A DNA stretch of 63,982 nt, filler included, from Octopus bimaculoides (Eukaryota), in assembly GCF_001194135.2 (NCBI RefSeq). It is 5 parts of 5 records of this genome, joined end to end, with 100 filler letters (N's around TTAATTAATTAA, not from the genome) between each part and the next. Parts side by side here need not be neighbours in the genome. Positions count along the whole stretch, not along the records: positions 43,944 to 59,926 come from NC_069002.1; 4 more parts are not named here. One strand, written 5' to 3'. A program made the position numbers and the translations under genes. Shown here in pieces: positions 43,985-53,712 of this stretch (position 1 is the first letter of the stretch; every line of letters starts with the position of its first letter). Below the pieces are notes generated by a model that saw only the letters and a list, made by a program, of their open reading frames with translations, had not been told where the DNA came from and searched no databases.

Positions 43985-44181
43985 CTACTATGGACACAAG
44001 GGCTGAAATTTTAAGAGAGAAAGCTAGTAGATTACATCGATCTCAGGGTGCAGCTGGTACTTGTTTCATCGACCTCGAAAGGACCAAAGGCAAAATCGAC
44101 TTCGGCAACATTTGAGTTCAGAACGTAAAGATGAACGAAATGCCTCCAGGTGCGATAACAATTCTGCCAGCTCGCCAACTT
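43985..44181 (-). mobile_element. SINE-A copy
   Basis: Family hallmarks present. Confidence 0.85.
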
Positions 44182-44356
44182 ATGATATTTTAATAATAAA
44201 ACTATTTCAACAACACGTGACTGTGTGAAATTTTCTCTTTTAAGCGAACTATCGGGAGTATTTCGAATATCAGGTTTTAGATCAACTAATTCTATACTTC
44301 GAACAACTACTTCGATCAATTGCCTTTTCAGACAACAGTTCTTGATTAATTCTATT

Positions 44357-44592
44357 TCTTATTTCTTTATTGCCCACAAGGGGCTAAACATGGAGGGGAC
44401 AAACAAGGACAGACAAGGAGATTAAGTCGATTACATCGACCCCAGTGCGTAACTGGTACTTAATTTATCGACCCCGAGAGGATGAAAGGCAAAGTCGACC
44501 TCGGCGGAATTTGAACTCAGAACGTAACAGTAGACGAAATACCGCTATGCATTTCGCCCGGCGTGCTAACGTTTCTGCCAGCTCACCACCTT
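44357..44592 (-). mobile_element. SINE-A, near full-length young copy
   Basis: Very similar to 59252-59485; reverse complement begins GGTGGTGAGCTGGCAGAAACGTTAGCACG (A box), has GTTCAAATTCC (B box) and a tail GGGCAATAAAGAAATAAG. Confidence 0.95.
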
Positions 44593-46234
44593 TATAATTG
44601 TATTTCTATCAAAGTTTTTTCTATAAATTCATACCAATCCGTTTGTTACAAACAAAATAGATCTGTTCCCACGTCTCCAGGATGACGAAACCGTCGTCTT
44701 CTCTGGAAGAAATAAAGTAAGAAAGAAAAGGAAAGATAGATAGAGAAAGAGAAGGAAAGAGAGTGACAGACACAGATACTTGAAGTCACGTCTCTAAAAT
44801 GCTAGATTTCTCTCCTCTCCACGACATTTATCCAAATTCATCGCTATATACATCCCACCAACGCCACTATCTTTCTTGTTATAGTAAACAACTTGGAATT
44901 TATGATAAATGTCTTTTAAATAAAACAGTCTATGACGTTAATTCAAGCCATACTTTCATCAATTCCAGTTAAGTTATATATCTTTTTTTCTTTTTTAAAA
45001 TTACTCCTGCTTAAAATATTCTGAAGTTAAAACCATTTTTAACACGAAAAAGAAAAATACAAAAACCTATTCAACTCATTTTCTTTTTATTTATTTGTTG
45101 AACTGTCGAAATTTCGACGCAAAACTGTGGTCAGGTCACTGACAGAGTTTCACATTTGCGATGGAATTATGTCAGTGACCAGGTCACAGACATGAGGCAG
45201 AAACTTCGACATTTCAAAAAATAAGTGAAAAGTCAATTTAACAGTTGTTGTTGNNNNNNNNNNNNNNNNNNNNNNNNNNNNNNNNNNNNNNNNNNNNNNN
45301 NNNNNNNNNNNNNNNNNNNNNNNNNNNNNNNNNNNNNNNNNNNNNNNNNNNNNNNNNNNNNNNNNNNNNNNNNNNNNNNNNNNNNNNNNNNNNNNNNNNN
45401 NNNNNNNNNNNNNNNNNNNNNNNNNNNNNNNNNNNNNNNNNNNNNNNNNNNNNNNNNNNNNNNNNNNNTATAACTCACATCATGTAGAATAGAGATGTGC
45501 TAGAGATTATTTGATTATTTCGATGCAAAATATTTCAACATCTCGAAGTATACGATGTTAGAGCCATCGAGAAAGCCTCTACGCACTCGTGCTATAAATG
45601 AAAGCCAATAGTCTTCTCTACTCTGCCGTCTCTAAAAAAAAATCGTAGAGCACATCGGATGACGCAGTTCCAGGTATACAACAAAAAGGATAAACGCATC
45701 TAGAATGTCTTTGGAGAGAGATCTACAGAACCAAGGCTGATGTGGAACTAAACAACATCATCATCAGCAACGACTACCACCACAACAACAACAACAACAA
45801 CACAATGTTCGTTAATGTTTAATGATTGTATTTTCTCTTCGTTACGAACGTTGACATTTTTACTTTCGTTATAATTTGTTTCTTTATTGTTTTTCTTTCT
45901 CGTTTGTTGTGCTGTTGTTCTGATGACTGAGAAGATCAATCCTTGCATGACACCCACTTATTCCGTCGAATTGTCGTGGTGGTTAGAATTAAAAGTGAAA
46001 GTATAAAGGTGAAACTATACCACATTACAATATAGATGTTATTGTTTCACTTTAATTCTTCGAGTTTTGACACGTAACAGGGAGCCAGTGCCAATGATGC
46101 ATTGTTTTAATCTAAAAATATTACATGTTGACACTCACAGGGTCTCATAGTATTACTTTGTAAAATTTGATTTGATTTGGTTCAGCCGTTTGAGAATGCA
46201 TTGCGAAGAGGCAGAGATGAAAAAAGATTTTATA

Positions 46235-46268
<34 letters not shown>

Positions 46269-46571
46269 AATCCTTTGTCTCTCTGTCTGTCCTCAATGCA
46301 TTCTCAAACGGTTCAGTAAATNNNNNNNNNNNNNNNNNNNNNNNNNNNNNNNNNNNNNNNNNNNNNNNNNNNNNNNNNNNNNNNNNNNNNNNNNNNNNNN
46401 NNNNNNNNNNNNNNNNNNNNNNNNNNNNNNNNNNNNNNNNNNNNNNNNNNNNNNNNNNNNNNNNNNNNNNNNNNNNNNNNNNNNNNNNNNNNNNNNNNNN
46501 NNNNNNNNNNNNNNNNNNNNNNNNNNNNNNNNNNNNNNNNTATATATATATATATATGTTTGTATATATGT

Positions 46572-46605
<34 letters not shown>

Positions 46606-46799
46606 TTGTATATATGTATGTATATATATATATATGTTTGTATATATGTATGTATATATATGCATATATACATATATATACATATATATTACATTTAAAT
46701 ATATATATACATGTATATACATATATAGATACACACACACACACATATATACACATACATATGTATATACATACATACATACATACATACATACATACA

Positions 46800-46847
<48 letters not shown>

Positions 46848-47037
46848 GTGAAACTATAACTAATTTCGTCGAAGGTTTCACTTCTATTCTTCGAACCAGT
46901 GCCAATGTTGCATTGTTTTAAGCCCCAAAAAAATTACATGTTGACACTTATGGGGTCTCATAGTATTACCATGTAAAATTTTATTTGATTTGCTGAACCG
47001 TTTAAGAATGCATTGATGACAGAGAGAGACAAAAGAT

Positions 47038-47070
<33 letters not shown>

Positions 47071-47761
47071 ATATCTCTTAATAATTCATGGAATGCACTT
47101 AGAGCAGCGAGAATCCAAACAATAACGCATCTATTCGTCAGAACGTATAAAGAATAATTAGATAACATTTTTACTTGTGTAGGAAACCACAAGAGTTACA
47201 TTTTCTAGATTTAACACCAGAATAAACATGGAAATGTGTATGTCACACAGAAGGTCATGTTCTGTGCTTCTTACAAATGAGATTATTCAATCTGTTTTGA
47301 CATATGGTGATAGTTCGACCATTTTAAATCCTGTCTAGTATTAAAAAAGTGAAGTTCTCTTCTGGCGTTTGAAATTATGTGTCAGTGATATATTGATGCA
47401 CCAAAAACGGAAAGCTGTTCACAATAAACTCAAAGATCTTGTTCATATTTTTCTTTCCTTTTTTTCTTTGTTGCTTCTTCCATCCACATATTCAGGAGGT
47501 TTCAATTTTTTTGTTTCTTTCCTATTTCATTGCTTTCATTTTGGGCCGTTTTATTTTTGTTTATTTTCACTTGTACTTTTTTAATGACCTAAATTAAAGC
47601 ACAGTCGGTGACTGCACTTCACGCCATTATTGGTTTTGTACGTCAGCTCCACATTTTCGATTAAATTGAAGAAACAGTGCAGCTGTACATTCACTTCTAT
47701 TAGAAACCATTTCTCTTACATGGGCCAATTCAATATCATACATACATACATACATACATAC

Positions 47762-47792
<31 letters not shown>

Positions 47793-47872
47793 GTGCAATG
47801 GCCCAGTTATTAGAGCAGCGGACTCGCAGCAGCAGCGACGTGTTTGTATATGTATACTTACATATGTATACT

Positions 47873-47929
<57 letters not shown>

Positions 47930-47945
47930 GTATACTTACATATAC

Positions 47946-47987
<42 letters not shown>

Positions 47988-49215
47988 GGGGGGAGGAGAA
48001 AAACTAATGATGCAAATAAACAAATAAACACGCTTGGGCTTTATACATGAGATATACATACATATATACATGTAAATCTATATAAGGCTATATATAGAAA
48101 CAAAAACTGAAATTATTCAGAAGAACATTTATGTATAGATATGTAAATATTTATATATTTACAGAGTGGATTTACATGGAGTACAATGTGTACAGAAAAC
48201 TAAGAGGAGAAGGCATGGTATTTCAGGTCCGACACCTGTTTCTGGGTGCTCGAAATTATGTAATAGTTGTTATGTTGGCAGACGGAGAGTGCAAAAAGTC
48301 AATTCCTTGACTTTTTGCATATTCCTTCTGCCAACTTGACAGGCTGTTCGAACACGCTGCTTTTTGACGTGATGTCGCTTTCCCTCACTTCAAATCCCCT
48401 CGTCCTTGTCGCCCCTTCATTCCTCCGCAAACCAGCATCAACGACAACAACAACAATTATAAATGTTCCAAACTAAAGGCAACTGAATCTTCATCGCCAA
48501 ACGACGGAGATCCACCACCACAACAAATTGTGGGCTAATACATGATAAACCTCAAAATAATTGTATATCAACTGAAATTAAAGCAAAAAGAACAAACGAA
48601 TGAGACGTCACAACCGTTAAAGATATTTGTTAAGGAAGGCACGAGTGAGAATTTTAATTCATTAAACAAGGGGAAAAAATCCAGTACAAATAAGCAAAAT
48701 GATTCTAATCGTCTACCGTCTTCAAAAACAGGATTATTGATAGATAAGGGAATATAAAATAATCATATTACAAATCAGCTTCATTAACTGTATATTTACT
48801 CTTTTAGAGTACTCGATACATCTTGTAGAGTAAATATACCGCCACAACCAACACCACCGCCACTGACACCACCATTGTTGCCGCCGTCGCTGTAGCCTCC
48901 TCTTAATATAAACATTACTGTAGAAAATAGCAAAAAAAGTTGGCAGTTTGTCAAAAACAATAGAAAATATTTAGTGCTTGTGTGTGAAATTGTTTCGGTA
49001 TTGGAGTGGAACATGGAGTTGGGGTTGTGGGGTAGAGGCGTTGGTGGGGGCAATGAGGTAAGTATATATGGGTTGGGGTAGGTAGATAGCGAGCATGGGG
49101 TGGGGTGGCTACTTTGTTAGGTGAATAGGGAAATAGGTGAGTAGGTGAGGTAGATACTTTAGTGTTTATGTAATGTTTTGTTTATGCTTATTACTGTTTG
49201 TGTATCTATCTATCT

Positions 49216-49254
<39 letters not shown>

Positions 49255-49806
49255 GCACGCATATATATTTGTAATAACTGTGTGTGTGTGTGTGGTTGCT
49301 TTTGCGTTCTTACTGGCAACATGTAACCCAGTACAACCTGTTGCATGGTGGAGCCGTTGACGAATAACCCGGCAACACCGCCCAGCCTGCTTTGCGTGTA
49401 AAGTGATTTAGGACATTTGGTGAGATAAAAAAGAAAATCTTTCAAAGGCCAAGTGAATTCAACAGAGCCACTGCCCCCAAAAAACTGACTCAAGAGATGG
49501 AGAACTCTAATTGAAAAGCGTGGGGAATGTTATTCATTGAGTTCGTAACAACCATTTGCACCAACTTCCTGCTATCAGTATTTCGAAAAGGTATGGTTTG
49601 TTCTACACTGGCCTTCACCACTGAAAACAAATTATCTGTGTGAGTTGTCCGGCTGCTATAATATTAGCTGTTCGACTTTCATACGTTAAAGCGTTGGATA
49701 ATCCACTTTCAATTAACCTCATTCAACGTCTCTGGCTGTTACTGCTTCTCCCTCTCTAGTCATTGTTTCAGTCTCCCACTACCAGCGTAACCGAGACCAA
49801 AAACAC

Positions 49807-50125
49807 ATTGGCTGATATAAGGGTACTTTGAGACACCGCAGTGTTTCGGCCTTATTATGTGTCTCATCAGTCAAAGTGACCCTGAACCGACGAATCTAAC
49901 AAGAATCTAGCTAGAGTACAAATTTTTGCTCATGGAAATTAGCGAACAAATTATTTGCCGATGCGTGTTGACGTCATCAAACAAATAATAATTCATGCAC
50001 ACGCAGACTTGAAATTCATTATCCGAAAAATAGAAGAATGCAATGGATATGTTAGTTAATGTAGTCTGGGACATACATTTAAACAGTTGGAATGGTCAAG
50101 GTTGGAATGCCCTTGATCCTACACA
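49807..50125 (-). repeat. ~300-bp repeat ending in HH-A (left arm of an inverted pair)
   Basis: Continuous reverse-complement homology to 52372-52671. Confidence 0.85.
49821..49885 (-). ncRNA. Type I hammerhead ribozyme motif (HH-A), core intact
   Basis: Reverse complement: GGGTCACTTTGA-CTGATGA-GAC(ACATAATAAG)GCC-GAAA-CAC(TGCG)GTG-TC-TCAAAGTACCC. Stem I 7+4 bp, stem III 4 bp, GUC cleavage triplet; predicted cut between 49832 and 49831. Stem II has an A.C mismatch. Confidence 0.8.
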
Positions 50126-50377
50126 AACCGTCAAAGCTATAATTCAGTTTTGAAACCCAGAGTAAAACATTATTGAAACACTGCTGGACAATGCTTTTCA
50201 TCTGTAAATTCGTCATATTTCATTAAATATCGAATAACATTCGGAATGTAGTTAATAAATATGATGCGCGCGTGTGTGAAACATACGCTGGTATACGTAA
50301 ACAATGAACTTCGTTAAACATTATTTATACCGTTTATATTGTAGAATAAATATATATTTTATTACAAGTGTTCCCGT

Positions 50378-50559
50378 ACAGTTCTATATTTAAGAGATAA
50401 GGAATTATGTACATTATTTACATTATTTACATTTGACGGATATTTGCCCTCATCTTGTTTGTTGTCAACACAACGTTTCGGCTGATATACCCTCAAGCCT
50501 TCATCAGGCGTCTTAGGGAAATTTCAAACCTGAGTTCTTATTCCTAAGGTATTTTTCGA

Positions 50560-50560
<1 letters not shown>
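50378..50560 (-). mobile_element. Penelope-type terminal repeat with minimal hammerhead (HH-B), left copy
   Basis: Reverse complement of 50467-50512: GACGC-CTGATGA-A-GGCT...AGCC-GAAAC-GTT-GTGTT; inverted homolog at 51039-51183. Confidence 0.75.
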
Positions 50561-50605
<45 letters not shown>

Positions 50606-50642
50606 ATAATTGAATGATGATGATGATAATAATAATAATAAT

Positions 50643-51015
50643 ACTCTCTTACTTGTTTCAGTCATTTGACTGCGGCCATGCTGGAGTACCGCCTTTAGTC
50701 GAGCAAATCGACCCCAAGAGTTATACTCTGTAAGCCTTGTACTTATTCTATCGGTACCTTTTGCCGAACCGCTAAGTTACGAAGACGTAAACACACCAGC
50801 ATCGGTTGTCGGGGACACACACACACACACATATATGTACATACAGATATACGACGGGCTTCTTTCAGTTTGCGTCTACCAAATCCACTCACAAGGCTTT
50901 GGTCGGCCCGCGGCTATAGTAGAAGACACTTGCCCAAGGTGCCACGAAATGGGACTGAACCCGGAACCATGAGGTTGGTAAGCAAGCTACTTATCACACA
51001 GCCTCTCCTACGCCT
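50643..51015 (-). mobile_element. tRNA-derived SINE with internal (CA)n (abundant octopus-type SINE)
   Basis: Reverse complement AGGCGTAGGAGAGGCTGTGTGATAAGTAGCTTGCTTACCAACC..GGTTCCGGGTTCAGTCCC..CACCTTGGGCAAGTGTCTTCTACTATAGCC; fragments at ~54890-54985 and ~55358-55403. Confidence 0.9.
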
Positions 51016-51038
51016 ATAATAATAATAATAACATCAAT

Positions 51039-51183
51039 AAATACCTTAGGAATGAAAACCCAGGTTCAAAATTTCTTCCAAGACACCAGATGAAGGCTGG
51101 AGTGTATATTAGCCGAAACGTTGTGTTAACAACAAACAAGATGAAGACAAATATCCGTCAAATGTAAATAATGTAATTAATGT
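51039..51183 (+). mobile_element. Penelope-type terminal repeat with HH-B, right copy (core mutated CAGATGA)
   Basis: 51082-51127 GACAC-CAGATGA-A-GGCT...AGCC-GAAAC-GTT-GTGTT. Confidence 0.75.
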
Positions 51184-51446
51184 AAGTGTTCCCGTGTCGT
51201 GAAAAACGACTACAGTGTTATCAATGATAGAAAATGACACGTCTGTTGAAATCGTTGATAAATTTCTTACCTAAAACTTGGCTCTTTTAATTACACAGGA
51301 AAAAAGGTTCGTAAATATGACATTACTATCGATCTTGTAGAAATTAAGGGTCACAATTGTGCCTAGCCCTTATCCATCCCCGCTTCCATCAGTTGCGTTC
51401 TCTAATTAATTGATTGTCGTTGATCTCACCTTCCCCTCCCCGTTTA

Positions 51447-51652
51447 ATCACGTGACCAACTTTTGTTGTTAATTTGATTTCTTCCATTTTCTTTTGGATT
51501 GTAAGCTCCACAATTAAGTGAAAATATATTTCACACAAAATTTGTTCCATTCTCAATCAAAACTGTCCGACGAACGGGATCACGAAACTATGAGTAGCAG
51601 TTTTCTGTGATATTTTTGCGATGGTTTTTCAGCTTTAATAATAGAGTATGTA

Positions 51653-51718
<66 letters not shown>

Positions 51719-51749
51719 CATACATATACGCGCACACATACACACAACG

Positions 51750-51780
<31 letters not shown>

Positions 51781-51980
51781 TATTTACATATATGATATTT
51801 CTTTGTTGAACGGCAACGAAACACAGACATCAAAGCCTACAAATAAGCTGTCAGAAATTTAAGAAACAGTCACTCAACTGCGGCCTCTTTCTTTCCATGC
51901 TTGTTCAAGGTGAAAACCACCAGAAACCGAGGCAAAAAACAGCGTGTTTGATCACGTGACACCAGCGCTAATGACGTAAT
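51447..51980. promoter_or_regulatory. Possible enhancer motif cluster (two ATCACGTGAC E-boxes plus ATGACGTAAT)
   Basis: Identical 10-mers at 51447-51456 and 51951-51960; bZIP-type site at 51971-51980; function not shown. Confidence 0.25.
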
Positions 51981-52371
51981 TACGAGAGTGAAGTGTTACA
52001 AACAAGTGTGATAAACACGATAGCCAAGGTTAACCTTCGAGATTTTATGCCAGCCCATTGTTAAACTAGCGTTAGCAAGAAATTCAAATGAATTCATTGC
52101 TTATCGTCTGACGTTGCTCCCGTCTCCATATTGTTTTGTGATGTCATCATCGTAGTCGTTGTCGCTGTGATACTTTTTATTAATATACTTTTTGTTAGGC
52201 AGGGGATTTTTTTCCTTTTTTGTGTGCTTTTAAACAGCGTCAGCATTTTAAGGTTACGTGAACTTTACTCCGTAAAACCGTTGGTTTATATAAGTAAAAA
52301 CAATTGAACTTTCAACTAGATGGACCAGAGTTATTGATGTTTATGCCCGCTGGCCTGCTCTATTCAAGCAG

Positions 52372-52671
52372 ACATAGAATCAAAAGCTTTCCAACCGTGA
52401 CCATTCCGATTGTTTAAAGGCATGTCTCGGACTACATTAACTAACGTGTCCATTGCTTTCTCCCGTTTTTCGGATAATGCATTTCAAGCCTGCGTGCGCA
52501 TGAATTATTATCTGTTTGGTAGATATCAACTCGAATCGTCAAATAATTTGTTCGCAAATTTCTATAAACAAGAACTTGTACTCTTGTTAGAATCAGGGTC
52601 GCTTTGACTGATGAAACACATAATAAGGTCGAAACACTGCGGTGTCTCAAGGTCTCTTTGCATCAGCGAAT
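52372..52671 (+). repeat. ~300-bp repeat ending in HH-A (right arm)
   Basis: Homologous to the reverse complement of 49807-50125. Confidence 0.85.
52595..52657 (+). ncRNA. Type I hammerhead motif (HH-A) with G10.1-to-A substitution
   Basis: GGGTCGCTTTGA-CTGATGA-AAC(ACATAATAAG)GTC-GAAA-CAC(TGCG)GTG-TC-TCAAGGT; GTC triplet at 52644-52646. Confidence 0.65.
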
Positions 52672-53504
52672 CACCTATGCTATGAACACACATCGTCTAA
52701 AGGGAGAAAATGTTCTCCAGTGACGAAAAACAACAACGATCAGATCATTCAGGTTCGAATCTGCCAGAATGTATTCAGAATTGATACATTATTGTTTGGA
52801 TCCCTGCTGTTCTGCGAGCTTCTCGTGAAATACTACGCAATGTAATTTCCTCTTTTTTAACTATTTAGTATTCAGACCGACCATATCAGACCCAAATATT
52901 CTACCTGTTTTATGTTCAAACTCGCCTGGTCAGACCTTTCACACCTGCCTTACAATGTTATTCTAAAAATATACAATCACTTTATTGAAATCACAAAGCT
53001 ACAAAACAATGTCTGATAAATTTAAAACAACGTGAATAAATAAGTATTACATTTAACAAAGTAATCAGAATGCTAAAGGGTTAAGACTGTAGGTTTTTGA
53101 TTTGAAAAAGATCTGGCGACCATTCCTACCAGGTGGAGCAACCATCGCCTAGAACAGGGCTTCCTAAAAGATCCGTATAAACCCCAGGGCTGAATAAAAG
53201 CTTATGAATTTCCTAGTTCACATTTATATATTCCTTCATAATAAGAGAACAAAATCACTGGGTCATATAGAGTAGTAGCTATGAAGCAGAATGATTCGAT
53301 GTAATGGTCACTAATGACATATCGTTTGCGTGCGACACTTTCAAAACGTACGTATCAGCTAAATGATCGAACGGTCTGTTTTTGACCTAAAAGGATTTTT
53401 GCCGGCATCGTTAACAAAAGAATATATTAAAAATCCATTATATTTTTTAAAATACTAAATTCTAAAACAACCTTTTTTATTGACTATTATGAGATGTATT
53501 TAAG

Positions 53505-53712
53505 ACGGGGAACTGGCAGAACCATTAGCACGCCGGGCAAAATGCTTTGTGGCATTTCGCCCATCTTTTCGTTCTGACTTCAAATGCCGCCGTGGTCGAC
53601 TTTTACCTTTTCATCCTTTCGTGGTCGAGAAAACAAGTACCAGTTGAGTACTGGGGTCAGTGTAATGAACTTACTCCCTGAAATTGCTGGCTTTATGCCG
53701 AAATTTGAAACC
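53505..53712 (+). mobile_element. SINE-A copy (sense orientation)
   Basis: GAACTGGCAGAACCATTAGCACGCCGGGCAAAATGCT...GTCGACTTTTACCTTTTCATCCTTTCG. Confidence 0.9.

Noticed and set aside
44672-44710. CCAGGATGACGAAACCGTCGTCTTCTCTGG, hammerhead look-alike
   Set aside because: It lacks CUGA and has no stem II between GATGA and GAAA; it is only a small hairpin.
48808-48897. Proline-rich reading IPPQPTPPPLTPPLLPPSL
   Set aside because: Arises from a degenerate CCA/CCG trinucleotide tract and ends quickly in a stop.
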